Numbered from the stretch's first letter, positions 49,535 through 62,926 are shown. The stretch: DNA of 64,000 nt from Octopus bimaculoides (GCF_001194135.2 NC_068994.1:41734456-41798455); one strand, 5' to 3'. Translations and numbers: made by a program. Notes: a model not told the origin generated them from the sequence alone.

Positions 49535-49727
49535 TGATAGTAAGCCACATAGTATGATATCGTGATATTCTCAGATTGGTAAAAATCCGGTCAAAATGTC
49601 TGCATGTCTGCTAAATGCACACAAGGGCCAGGTAGGGGTATTAAATTAGTTGAAAGATTATGCTTGCCACTGCTGAAGAAAAGATACAGGCCATCTAACA
49701 CAGAGATTTTATAAACCAGATTCCACC
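49535..49727. repeat. Local ~200-bp duplication, copy 2
   Basis: Matches 46856-47057 apart from an 8-bp deletion and a few substitutions. Confidence 0.95.
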
Positions 49728-51622
49728 AAAAAAGTTTGGATCAGCTTGAGCCTTGGCAGAAAGCACTTTTTTAAGAAACCACACAGTAGGATTGAACTCT
49801 GAACCATGTGCTTAGAAAGTAATCTCTTTAATCACACAGCCATGCCTATGACTTGTGTGTTGATGGAAAAACCAATAGTTTGTTTGTGTTCTTTTATATA
49901 TGAATCTTGGAGAGTGTCAGGAGGAGTAAAACTTCATTTCATTGGATGTTGTGGTGTGAAAAGGAAATGCTCTGATTAATGTAGCATTGTAGAGGAGATT
50001 AACTGAACCAGAGTGAATCTTTATCTATCACTATGTGTATTTTGTATATATTATCCACCTATTTCTCTCTCTCTTTCCCCCTCTCTCTCACACACACTCA
50101 CACACACACACATGTATGTGTGTATATCTGCGTGTGCATTTGTGTGAGTGAGATATATATCATAGAATTAAAATTCTCATGTAATATGTTTATCAGTTAC
50201 GCTCCTAATACCATGTATATGCAGTACATGTTTTTTTGATGCAATCTATCTAATAAACATACTCATACATACATACATACATACATAAACAGTAAGCTTG
50301 ATGGGAAACAGAGAAAGGAAGAAACTATTCTAATATATATTAAAAATAATTCCTGATGTATTCTACTTAATGCACTGCTATTGTTACTATTTATATAATG
50401 GATTATATTTCTTATTTAAAAAAGATATTTTGAAATGCTACAGAGTAGTCTTTTAAAGATGCATATAAATGTATTTTAAAGATGTGCATAAACCTATCAG
50501 TCATACCCAATCATAAACATTTAAACAGTATAAATATTATCGTAAACATTGTCATACATTAAGATATATTGAGAAATATGTTCATTTATTATATTTTTGT
50601 GAGAACACATATATATGTGTGTATATTAAATTATATATATGTATGTATATATATATATATNNNNNNNNNNNNNNNNNNNNNNNNNNNNNNNNNNNNNNNN
50701 NNNNNNNNNNNNNNNNNNNNNNNNNNNNNNNNNNNNNNNNNNNNNNNNNNNNNNNNNNNNNNNNNNNNNNNNNNNNNNNNNNNNNNNNNNNNNNNNNNNN
50801 NNNNNNNNNNNNNNNNNNNNNNNNNNNNNNNNNNNNNNNNNNNNNNNNNNNNNNNNNNNNNNNNNNNNNNNNNNNNNNNNNNNNNNNNNNNNNNNNNNNN
50901 NNNNNNNNNNNNNNNNNNNNNNNNNNNNNNNNNNNNNNNNNNNNNNNNNNNNNNNNNNNNNNNNNNNNNNNNNNNNNNNNNNNNNNNNNNNNNNNNNNNN
51001 NNNNNNNNNNNNNNNNNNNNNNNNNNNNNNNNNNNNNNNNNNNNNNNNNNNNNNNNNNNNNNNNNNNNNNNNNNNNNNNNNNNNNNNNNNNNNNNNNNNN
51101 NNNNNNNNNNNNNNNNNNNNNNNNNNNNNNNNNNNNNNNNNNNNNNNNNNNNNNNNNNNNNNNNNNNNNNNNNNNNNNNNNNNNNNNNNNNNNNNNNNNN
51201 NNNNNNNNNNNNNNNNNNNNNNNNNNNNNNNNNNNNNNNNNNNNNNNNNNNNNNNNNNNNNNNNNNNNNNNNNNNNNNNNNNNNNNNNNNNNNNNNNNNN
51301 NNNNNNNNNNNNNNNNNNNNNNNNNNNNNNNNNNNNNNNNNNNNNNNNNNNNNNNNNNNNNNNNNNNNNNNNNNNNNNNNNNNNNNNNNNNNNNNNNNNN
51401 NNNNNNNNNNNNNNNNNNNNNNNNNNNNNNNNNNNNNNNNNNNNNNNNNNNNNNNNNNNNNNNNNNNNNNNNNNNNNNNNNNNNNNNNNNNNNNNNNNNN
51501 NNNNNNNNNNNNNNNNNNNNNNNNNNNNNNNNNNNNNNNNNNNNNNNNNNNNNNNNNNNNNNNNNNNNNNNNNNNNNNNNNNNNNNNNNNNNNNNNNNNN
51601 NNNNNNNNNNNNNNNNNNNNNN

Positions 51623-51938
51623 CATGGACTGGCTCTTGTGCGAGTGACACATGAGGTTTTTCGAGCGAGATCGTTGCCGGTGCCCCTGGACTGGCTCTTG
51701 TGCGGGTGGCACATAAAAGACACCATTTCGAGCGTGGCCGTTTTCGTGCAGGTGACACGTAAAAGCACCCACTACACTCTCTGAATGGTTGGCGTTAGGA
51801 AGGGCATCCAGCTGTAGAAACTCTGCCAAATTAGATTGGAGCCTGGTGTTGCCATCCGGTTTCACCAGTCCTCAGTCAAATCGTCCAACCCATGCTAGCA
51901 TGGAAGGCGGACGTTAAACGATGATGATGATGATGATA
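51623..51938 (+). mobile_element. Family A, young copy next to a gap
   Basis: ...ccatgctagcatggaaggcggacgttaaac(GAT)n. Confidence 0.92.
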
Positions 51939-52509
51939 TATAGACTCCATGTTTATTTTTATCAAAGTTATAATCATGATCAGCTTTAAGAATTAAGAAA
52001 AACGGTATTACCCAAATATAAAATCTCCTTTGATTAACTTTTAATTCCTACCATGGCAATGACCAATAAAAGGAATCTACTTGAGCTTAGATAATTGAAA
52101 TGAATCAATTAGGACAGTAACAATGCACAGAGACGTTAATGAGATAATGAAAATACATATTACATTACTGAGGTATTCCTTCGTTAGCTGTCAATTGAAT
52201 ATCATCATGATCTTGACACCTTATAAATGTATTTATGTATCTATGGATACGTATGTGCATAGGAACTTAATGTATACAACTGAAACAGTATTGAATTGAA
52301 ATCACCTCTGCTATATATTACATATTCACTGCAAGTCTATGAAGAAATGATTTTTATTTCAGACAATTCCACAGCATCATACCTTCTGACAGTACTTAAA
52401 CATTTAGTATGATGCAGAGATAGAAACTTTTATTCAATGCTATTTCAGTTGTCAACAGTGAATCTTTCTACAGACCAGCAAGCTATCACAGTATCTATGA
52501 TTGCTTTAT

Positions 52510-52925
52510 TCACTGAGCATGCTGGACAAAATGCTTAGTGGTATTTCTTCTGGTTTCATGTTCTGAGTTCTAATACCACTGAGGTCAACTGTATTTTCAA
52601 TTCCTTTTGGGGTTGATAAAATAAGTATCAGTTCAGCACTTGGGCTGATGTAATCTATGTATTCACTCCCCTGAAATTATTGGCCTTGTACCAAAATTTA
52701 AAATCAATATTAATTGATATATTAAGATGACAAACTGGCGAAGTAGTTAGCATGCTGGACAAAATGCAAAGTGGTTTTTTTTCCAACTTTGCATTCTAAG
52801 TTCAAACACTGCAGGTACTTTTTTGAAATCTTTTTGAGGTTGATGAAATAAGTACCAGCTAAGCAATGGCATCAACCAGATCTCTCCCCTTAAATTTCAG
52901 GCCTTGTGCCTATAGTAGAAAGAAT
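52510..52925 (+). mobile_element. Two tandem degenerate SINE D copies
   Basis: agcatgctggacaaaatgc occurs at ~52517 and ~52750, each followed by a B-box-like ttctgagttc / ttctaagttc. Confidence 0.75.
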
Positions 52926-53314
52926 ATTTGTTGATATATTGCAATATACTAAGATGTATCATCTGTGTTTGCACTTCAAGGTTTGTGTCCAGCTTTGAAA
53001 TTTATCATCTTAGTTGAGTTGACACCCTTCAATACTCAAAAGATGCCTCTGCCAGTTTGGCCATACACACCATCTTTCCTGTGGCAAATCCATCTCTGGC
53101 ATACTTATGTTTGTGCCAACACTGACAGCTGAAAATGTAAGTCATGGTCAAGTCAAATTTTGATCTGATATTTGGTACTTGCATACATGATACCTACTGT
53201 TGGAATTATGACTAGATGACAAACTCTGCATCAGAAGTTTGTGGTTACTGATTGTGGTTGGCTTCTGTTCACAGGGATGTGGATTTAGAGGTGGAATTTG
53301 TTCAACCCATCCCA

Positions 53315-53500
53315 GAGGCAAGTGGCTTAGTGGTTAGGATGTTATACACATGATCTAAAGATTGTGGTTTCGATTTCTGAACCAGGCAGCACGTTGTGTT
53401 CTTGAATCAAACAATTTATTTCATGTTGCTCCTGTCCACTCAGTTGGTAAAAATGAGTAATCCTGCAATGGACAGGTGTCCAGTCTAGGTGGTGGGTAGA
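53315..53500 (+). mobile_element. SINE E2 (degenerate)
   Basis: gtggcttagtggttagg...gtttcgatttc...aatgagtaatcctgcaatggac. Confidence 0.75.
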
Positions 53501-54556
53501 TATATGCATCATGACTCACAAAGGATCTTCATCTTAAGGTGCCAGATGAGTTTTTTCTACAAGTACAATTAAGTGAATTAAAGAGTACTGGGGATAGAGG
53601 CTATGATATAATTAGTAAGATATATTGTATTTATATACTGATATTACAAACTTGTTTTATAGAAACATTCTATTTATTATAGAATAACCCTTGACAATAA
53701 ACAACTCTCGACTTTACTCTGCTCTGAAGGCTCTCTGCATATGTCCATTTATATTGTGGCACACTCCATTAGGAGCCAACCAATAGGGGTGTTCTACTTC
53801 CACATAGTACCTCCCCCTTTTGAGATTGGCTTTGTAATTTTTTTATTTATCTATTCTTTATTTTTATCAATTTTATTTCCTTGGTGAGAAACTGGCATAT
53901 CTCTTTCTCTTGACATTAATTTCCATCATTTCTCGAGGTTTTCTTTTCCTGTTCGACCTACATGTTGGTTTTGCTTTCACACAGCATAAACTATGACTTG
54001 ATGGACCACAATATCTACTTTACATCATAATATATTACAATATATTCTAAAATGTTGTTTAAACCACAGGTAAGTTCTGTATTCTCAAAGTGTCCTTTCA
54101 TTCTTAATGCAACTGGATGTGACTCAATGGTATTTCACTGCTATTTCTAATAGAACGTGTGTTCAGTTTGCATAAAAGTTCCCTTATTGACTGATATGGT
54201 TCCCTCGTTAGCTAACGAGGATCCATTGTTGGTGCATGACCTTATCTCATTGATTAGTATACAAGAGTATATTATTAAGGTAATTGTTATGGAGCTAAAA
54301 TCAGATGGTCTAAATGCTTTGCAGTATCTACTTCAATGACAGACTGCTCAGAGTTGAAATTTTGAGTTTATCATAATGATTCAATTATATATAATATATT
54401 ATGTAATAAGTGTATATACATATATATGTACATGCATGTATATGCAAGTATATAAATATATATATATACACACACACACACATATACATATACATATACT
54501 CATACATACTTTTATATACACACGTATATATATATAAATCTCTCTCTCTCTCCCTC

Positions 54557-54592
<36 letters not shown>

Positions 54593-54692
54593 TGTATGTA
54601 TGTATGTATGTATGTATGTATGCATGTATGTATGTGTATGTATGTTTGTATCTCTGTGTATGTATGTATGTATGTATGTATGTATGTGTGTA

Positions 54693-54724
<32 letters not shown>

Positions 54725-55189
54725 TCAATCCCTTCATCAGCTGTCAATTATAGGTCACAATGATTTTGACACCCTCCAATAGTATAGTTCCTTTCAGCAG
54801 AGCTGAGAAGCATCGATACCATCAAGGAATATCCAGTTTGTCTTCTACCACACTATAGCATGCTTCGTTCTCTGTTACCTATGCAGTGTCTGCATCAAAT
54901 CTGGTGCAACTGTGCTTACATTAAGCAGCCATGCAGCACTTGCTTAGGATCTGTTAATAAATCTTAGCTGTTGTCTTTTACTCATATACCTCTGCTATGT
55001 CCATGATAAAGCAGTTTAGACTTTCTTTTTCATCTGCTGTTATCCAAGCAGGACATCATGGATTTAGCTACACATGACATCGTACCAAACACTGCTAACT
55101 TTGTACCTCCTATACCACACTAAATCCTTCATATTTTAGTCCGTTCCTTTCATAAATCAACTCTGTGTTTTAATCTCTCAGTGATTATT

Positions 55190-55405
55190 CCTGGGGCTAC
55201 ACACAGAGGGGACAAACAAGGACAGACAAACGAATTAAGTCGATTACATGGCCCCCGGTGCATAACTGGTACTTAATTTATCGACCCCGAAAGGATGAAA
55301 AGCAAAGTCAACTTCAGCAGAATTTGAACTCAGAACGTAACGGCAGACGAAATACCGCTAAGCATTTCGTCTGGTGGGCTAACATTTCTGCCAGCTCACT
55401 GCCTT
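55190..55405 (-). mobile_element. SINE D, young copy
   Basis: Reverse complement of 20734-20945; many CpGs retained. Confidence 0.9.
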
Positions 55406-55409
55406 CATC

Positions 55410-55800
55410 CAATAATCTTTTCCGCCCACTATTCCTGGGAGGATTATGGGAACAGAGTCTTCAGTCATATATTCTGTGGAGTCTTATCAGAAGAAAACAT
55501 CATTAGAGTTTTGGCTGAATTCTCAAGGATTCCTACCTGAGACGTTGGATATTATTCAACCATTTCGTTCTTGGTCTACCCCGAGGTTGCCTGCAGGATG
55601 GATTGGCTTGAAGAATTAATCTTTCAGTTCTTTGTTGTAACATTCCAATCACATATCCATACTACTACAACTGTGACCTCTGAATATAATAAAGTAGCCG
55701 TTCAACCTGGAGCAACTCCCAGATCTCTGAGTTTCACACCGTGTCAAGTAATGTTACACCAGAGAATCTTCAGAGCAGCCCCATTTCAAGCATTTTAATG
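55410..55800 (-). pseudogene. RTE (Rex3/Expander-like) ORF2 C-terminal remnant
   Basis: EMGLL*RFSGVTLLDTV*NSEIWELLQVERLLYYIQRSQL**YGYVIGM...RQPRGRPRTKWLNNIQRL. Confidence 0.85.
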
Positions 55801-56049
55801 GTTTTAAGAATAATTATAACAGGTCACTCATGAATACAAGTGGTCTGTTATAATTGCCCATAAAACCATTTTAATTGTTTTAAAGATAGAATTAATTACA
55901 AAAACAGTTATCTAAATTCTCAGACACAGAATAATCATAGATGTAAAATTATTTGATTAAGACTCCATTCTGTCATGATGGGAATACAAATATTGCAAGA
56001 TATCTTTGTAACTTATTAGATAAATATTGTTTGAAATATCATAAATAGG

Positions 56050-56175
56050 CAGAAGTATTCCAGGTTTGGTGCCACTGTATGGCACCTTAGTAAGTATCTT
56101 CTACTATAGCCCTAGTCCAGCAAAAGCCTTGTGAGTGGATTTGGTAGATGGTAACTGAAAGAAGCCCATCATCTA
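56050..56175 (+). mobile_element. SINE B 5' half
   Basis: ggcacctt..gtatcttctactatagcc...gccttgtgagtggatttggtagatgg. Confidence 0.8.
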
Positions 56176-56252
56176 TACATATACATACACGTATGTACAC
56201 TTGTATGCATATTTATTAATATAAATATACACATATATGTCTGTGAGTGTGA

Positions 56253-56311
<59 letters not shown>

Positions 56312-57351
56312 CATGTGTTTGTTTTGACAATCCATGACAATTGTAAATGTGTTGTTGTCATGCAAACAGCGTCATTTATTTTCAGTATTCTGTGAAAACA
56401 TGTCTTGCTATGGAATGATATTACCTAACTTGGAAACAGGTGAGGGTTGTCAGCAGGAAGGGCATCTGGTCACAGAAAATTTGTTTTAATAAACTCCATA
56501 TGACCCATGCTAGGGTGGGAANNNNNNNNNNNNNNNNNNNNNNNNNNNNNNNNNNNNNNNNNNNNNNNNNNNNNNNNNNNNNNNNNNNNNNNNNNNNNNN
56601 NNNNNNNNNNNNNNNNNNNNNNNNNNNNNNNNNNNNNNNNNNNNNNNNNNNNNNNNNNNNNNNNNNNNNNNNNNNNNNNNNNNNNNNNNNNNNNNNNNNN
56701 NNNNNNNNNNNNNNNNNNNNNNNNNNNNNNNNNNNNNNNNNNNNNNNNNNNNNNNNNNNNNNNNNNNNNNNNNNNNNNNNNNNNNNNNNNNNNNNNNNNN
56801 NNNNNNNNNNNNNNNNNNNNNNNNNNNNNNNNNNNNNNNNNNNNNNNNNNNNNNNNNNNNNNNNNNNNNNNNNNNNNNNNNNNNNNNNNNNNNNNNNNNN
56901 NNNNNNNNNNNNNNNNNNNNNNNNNNNNNNNNNNNNNNNNNNNNNNNNNNNNNNNNNNNNNNNNNNNNNNNNNNNNNNNNNNNNNNNNNNNNNNNNNNNN
57001 NNNNNNNNNNNNNNNNNNNNNNNNNNNNNNNNNNNNNNNNNNNNNNNNNNNNNNNNNNNNNNNNNNNNNNNNNNNNNNNNNNNNNNNNNNNNNNNNNNNN
57101 NNNNNNNNNNNNNNNNNNNNNNNNNNNNNNNNNNNNNNNNNNNNNNNNNNNNNNNNNNNNNNNNNNNNNNNNNNNNNNNNNNNNNNNNNNNNNNNNNNNN
57201 NNNNNNNNNNNNNNNNNNNNNNNNNNNNNNNNNNNNNNNNNNNNNNNNNNNNNNNNNNNNNNNNNNNNNNNNNNNNNNNNNNNNNNNNNNNNNNNNNNNN
57301 NNNNNNNNNNNNNNNNNNNNNNNNNNNNNNNNNNNNNNNACTACGCTATAT

Positions 57352-57421
57352 GCCCGTGGGCGTAGTGGTTAAGAGCACGGGCTACTAACCCCAAGATTCC
57401 GAGTTCGATTCCAAGCAGTGA

Positions 57422-57474
<53 letters not shown>

Positions 57475-57625
57475 TTGAAAAATACCTTAGGAATGAGAAC
57501 CCAGGTTCGAAATTTCGCCAAGACACCTGATGAACACTGGAGTGTATATGAGCCGAAACATTGTGTTAACAACAAACAAGATGAGGACAAATATCCATCA
57601 AATGTAAATAATGTAAATAATGCAT
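57352..57625 (+). mobile_element. tRNA-headed SINE with a Penelope-like 3' module
   Basis: A box ggcgtagtgg, B box gagttcgattcc (57401-57412), (TAA)n spacer, then a hammerhead-like tail and an aatgtaaat repeat. Confidence 0.75.
57522..57567 (+). ncRNA. Minimal hammerhead ribozyme-like motif (decayed)
   Basis: gacac CTGATGA a cactggagtgtatatgagcc GAAA CATT gtgtt. Core and stem I are intact; stem II and the CpG of stem III are mutated. Confidence 0.5.
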
Positions 57626-58129
57626 TATTATCCATGTTTTGGTTGCTGTGATCTCTGAATTTTTGAGAAGTTGAATATATTGTTCCATTGGAATTACATC
57701 ATAAATCCCATTCAAAGCTAATACCTTTTTTGTCATCATAAATCAGAATTTGTTGAAATATTTTAAAATGCCTAATAGTTGAAAAGCAGATAGCCTCACA
57801 CATACTTTAATGTACTGCAGACAAATTGAAAGGTCATCCATTGTTAACACGCATCATACTTTCAGCAATTTTTATTTCAAATATATATATGTAAGTTCAG
57901 TTGGTTCATTTCCTTCATTGCTTGGAAATCAGTACCATGTGAATCTGAATGAAAATTTGAGGAATTTCACCTTCTAAAATAAAGTGTATTATATATTGTG
58001 TGTATGTGTATGCATGTATGTGAATGCATCAGTGTGTGCACACACAGACATATATAATTAGAAAGAGTGTTTGGGTTAAATTTGATGAATTTTTATGTCA
58101 CTTTTTTTTTAGAGGAACTGCTTGATGTA

Positions 58130-58950
58130 TTGGTGAACAATGGCACTGGAGAACATAATGATTAGAGTTGTAACTGAGAAAAAAGTTGGTTGTTATGGAG
58201 GATAGGAAGTTGTCTGAATATCGAAAAAGAGTTACCTGTATCTGGATGATTCATGCCAGATATCAAAATGCCGACATCATGACTACTGCTCAATGATCTG
58301 TGAACACAGTAAAGGCTGTTAGACATGACAATGACAGCTCAGCTGCAGCAAAGACTGCGATGCCATAACCAGCAGGAATGAGATAGTCTTTGGGTGTGTC
58401 TCCTGTGAGGAAGATGTCATGACACCCTTTATCATTGGGCAAGGCCTTCAGTTAAAAAAGGCCTACCTATCTATCATTGGACAAGGCCTATATGAAGCTG
58501 TTGGAAACTGGTGAGACTCGAGAAGCAGAGAGTTGCTGCTGAAGGGCCACATGTGTGGCAGAAGGATTTGGTTCCCACCATACCTTTGAAAAGGGTCAAA
58601 AGTGGTTGTTGGAGAATTTCTATGACTTTACCAGCCCCAATGTCTGACCTCCTAATTCCCTCAGTTGTAAGGCCATAGATTATTATGTGTGAGGTGTGGT
58701 TGAGAAAGACACAAACCACTCTTCCTGCAAAACCAAAGCCAAGCTAGGGACTAAGATCAAAGACGTATTCGAAGATCTTCTCAGGGACACAATGAGAAAC
58801 ACATGCACCAGGTTTTGGAGCCATCTTGAGGCTGTGGCGGAAGCTGAGCGTGACTACTTTGAGTAAACTCCTAAAAATAATGTAGCTGATATGTTTTGAT
58901 TTTTAAAAATTTCATTTATTTTTGGAGGGGATATTAGCATACACACCCTG
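58130..58950 (+). mobile_element. DD37D (maT-type) transposon remnant, internally deleted
   Basis: MEDRKLSEYRKRVT..; VFGCVS; WQKD-(37 aa after restoring a 1-nt deletion)-D in V*PPNSLSCKAIDYYV*GVVE; stop at 58864. Confidence 0.88.
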
Positions 58951-58980
58951 TGTGTATATGTGTGTGTGTATGATGTCATA

Positions 58981-59366
58981 GTGGAGGCGCAATGGCCCAA
59001 TGGTTAAGGCAACAGACTCGCGGTCATAGGAACACGATTTCGATTCCCAGACCGGGCGTTGTGAGTGTTTATTGAGCGAAAACACCTGAAGCTCCACGAG
59101 GCTCCGGCAGGGGATGGTGGCGAACCCTGCTGTACTCTTCCACCACAACTTTCTCTCACTCTTTCTTCCTGTTTCTGTTGTGCTTGTAATTCAAAGGGCC
59201 AGCCTTGTCACACTGTGTCACGCTGAATATCCTCGAGAACTACGTTAAGGGTACATGTGTCTGTGGAGTGCTCAGCCACTTGCACATTAATTTCCCGAGC
59301 AGGCTGTTCCGTTGATCGGATCAACTGGAACCCTCATCGTCGTCAGCAACGGAGTGCCAACATATA
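58981..59366 (+). mobile_element. Young tRNA-Arg-like-headed SINE with an E1 tail and a 12-bp TSD
   Basis: TSD tatgatgtcata at 58969-58980 and 59367-59378; A box tggcccaatgg, B box atttcgattccc. Confidence 0.92.
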
Positions 59367-59489
59367 TATGATGTCATACTTTTTCTATCTAAAGAGAATT
59401 CTCTCCCAATATTTACATTATTTATAGTTTTTTCTATCTAGTTTTTAACCATTAAAAACAAATTATATTTGTACATACATATATCTTAT

Positions 59490-59720
59490 AGCATTGATTC
59501 ATTTCAGTCATTAGCATATGGCCATGCTGGGGCACCACCTTGAAGGGTTTTAGCTGAACAAATTGCTCCCAGTTCTTAGTTTATTTAATTTAATTAAATT
59601 TTTTTTCTAAGTCACATACTTATTCTATTGGTCTGTTTTGCCAAAACTCAAAGTTATGGGGATGTAAACAAACAAGCATCGGTTGTCAAGCAGTGGATGT
59701 GTGTGACAAACACAGACACA
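59490..59720 (-). mobile_element. SINE B 3' half
   Basis: tttcagtcattag...ggccatgctggggcaccaccttgaagg...tcggttgtcaagc. Confidence 0.75.
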
Positions 59721-60269
59721 GTGACACACATACAACATACAAACACACACAGACTCACACAAACACACAGACACAAATAAATATGCATATATATATATAT
59801 ACACATATACACTCAGATATGCATATATATCTACATATAAGTGTATGTGTGTGTGTATGTGTGTGTGTATGTGTGTGAGCTCATATAAAGTGTAAATAAA
59901 TCACTGTTACACAGAAGGTAAACAGTAAACGCAGCAACTATAGTCACATGTTCCACTTGCATTGATTGAATTCAGTACAATGCATTAATTGAATATAATA
60001 AACAATTTGAGTACATTCGATACAGAAATATCATCACCAATGTGTATTGAAGTATGTATTTGTCAATTCTGAATAAATAAATAAATACACACACACACAC
60101 ACACACATGTATGTATGTATGTATATATCTATGTTTGTTGTGTCCTTTTTTTGTGGTTTTTGTTACTTTATTTGTATTTGTTCATGTTTGAAAATTGATT
60201 TGCATCTGTTTTTATATATGAAGGCTTCTTGATATAATCAGTTTAAAAATATGGTGGTAATGATGATGC

Positions 60270-60280
60270 TGCTTGTTGAT

Positions 60281-60336
<56 letters not shown>

Positions 60337-60557
60337 GTGATGGAGATGAGGATTATAATGACAGGATTATAACGACGACAGCAACGGTGACGACGTCGAC
60401 AATGACAGCAACAACAATGACGATGATGACAACAACGATGGTGATGGTGATAATGATGACAGTGATGAGGAAGATGATGATGACAATGATGTTGATGATA
60501 ATGATGATGATGACGATGACAACGACGACGACGACGACGATGATGATGATGATGATA

Positions 60558-60589
<32 letters not shown>

Positions 60590-60640
60590 AATGATTATGA
60601 TGTTATACATGATGGTAATGATGATGATAATAATTGTCAT
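60270..60640. repeat. (GAT)n/(GAC)n compound trinucleotide tract
   Basis: Direct reading; explains the poly-D and poly-M ORFs. Confidence 0.97.
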
Positions 60641-60681
60641 ATCTTATTCTTTACATTTTAACATAATTATTGATCAGAAAA

Positions 60682-60715
<34 letters not shown>

Positions 60716-60763
60716 GCATTCACAAATACACACATGCACACACTTTCTCTCTCTTTCTCATCG

Positions 60764-60803
<40 letters not shown>

Positions 60804-61826
60804 ACGCATGTGTAAACATTAGCAAACACACCATCTTGCACACAAGAAGTAGCAGCAAAGCAAATATGATGAATGAGGCAAATAACAGCTGTGATTACAA
60901 GCATACAGAAGCATACACACAGACACATAGATACACACACACACACACACGCACACACACACGCACACACATACTCTCACACACACACACACACAACATG
61001 AAAGAGCAACAGAGAGAGAGAGAGAGAATATATGAATGAATGCCTTCACTTCAAGACATACGCAATTCAGTTAGCCTAGGAGAGTGCTATCTTCATCTTA
61101 ATGTAAATTCTTGGAAAACAAGTTGCCTTGTTTTTATGGTTTGGATTCTTCTCCAAAGAATTCAGGTGGATGTCAATAGATACAAACATTGGAAACATTT
61201 AATTGTAATGCTTTTCTATCTCTGGTAATGGCAAATATGATATTTTGCAGAAAAAAAAAAAACGTAGAAAGAGTAAATATTATTGCTGTGTGACTGTGGA
61301 AATGTGCATGTATAGTTGTGACTATATGCTTATATGTGCGAGCATTTTAAAACATAAAATTGAAACAACTCATCTACTTACAATGTAATCAGTGTAGAGA
61401 ATTCATCAAATAAATGCTATTATTTCAACTGCATGTGATAGAAATTAAAGCTACGTGTGAGATTGATTGCATATTTTTTTTTCTTTAATTTACTCTACTG
61501 CTTTAATTATTTTCTGTCTATATGTTTAAATATGAAAGACAAAAACAAAACTATCTAAGAATCAAAAGAGCTATCAAAAACTAGAAAAAGAAAAACCTAG
61601 ATTTGACATCATGTCACCTCTTTTCATTCTCACATGATAAACAGAAGCCAGACTCCATGAAATAAATGTGTGACCAAGGAATGTGTACTATATGTAGGAA
61701 GTTACATTGCTTAGTGCTTGTCTGTGTCATGCATTCTTCCACCTAAGACGACAGTTTACTGGTGATGACTGACTAAATACAATCAACTAAATTTCAGAAG
61801 GACTAACTTAAAGATATGTGCATATG

Positions 61827-61865
<39 letters not shown>

Positions 61866-62103
61866 NNNNNNNNNNNNNNNNNNNNNNNNNNNNNNNNNNN
61901 NNNNNNNNNNNNNNNNNNNNNNNNNNNNNNNNNNNNNNNNNNNNNNNNNNNNNNNNNNNNNNNNNNTATGTATACATATACATATATATATATATATATA
62001 TATACACACTCACACACACAGAAAGAATGAGAGGGAGATAGATTGATAGATAAATAGACAGACAGACAGACACACAGACACACAGACAGATAGATAGATA
62101 GAT

Positions 62104-62154
<51 letters not shown>

Positions 62155-62487
62155 GATGACAATTAATATTAAGTGAAAGGCAAAAGGATAAAAGAAAATA
62201 TAAAGTAAATATAAAATGATATTCCATGAGAAAAAAATTAAAGGAATATATTAGAAAATATATTAGAAATGAAGGTTTTTGAATCCATATATTTTCTTGC
62301 ATAAACAGAAATATTATTTGGTGTGTATGTGTGGTATGTTTTTATGAAATTTCAAAGATAAGGACTGGGGAACATTATTGAGGAGATCTGAAGAGATCTG
62401 AGAAAAACAAGTGGCAAAACAATAACAAAAGGTGAATCCATTTACAAACCAGAAAATTTCCTTTCCAAATTTATGTGTCTGTGTGTG

Positions 62488-62526
<39 letters not shown>

Positions 62527-62538
62527 CAAATGCATATG

Positions 62539-62581
<43 letters not shown>

Positions 62582-62893
62582 CTATCTATCTATCTATATA
62601 TATATATATATATATACAGAGAGAGAAAGATAAAAACATAGAGTGATAGATAGGTAGATGTAGATATACAAACACATACATGTGTGTATATAATGCATAT
62701 ATTTACACACACACATGCACAAAAAACATATCTATCTATATTTATATATATATGTATGTATGTATATATGCACAGATGTATATTTGTTTATATTGTATGA
62801 AATACTAGATTTATGTATAATTGTTGACACTGAGATTACTCCACATATGTAATTAATTTATACACACACACGTATGAATAAATAAATAAATAA

Positions 62894-62926
<33 letters not shown>

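Noticed and set aside
57352-57423. Functional tRNA gene
   Set aside because: The acceptor stem does not close, the apparent ACT anticodon is atypical and lacks the Ser long arm, and it continues into a repeat tail. It is a SINE head.
58981-59060. tRNA-Arg gene
   Set aside because: It is part of a TSD-flanked SINE and has no complete cloverleaf.
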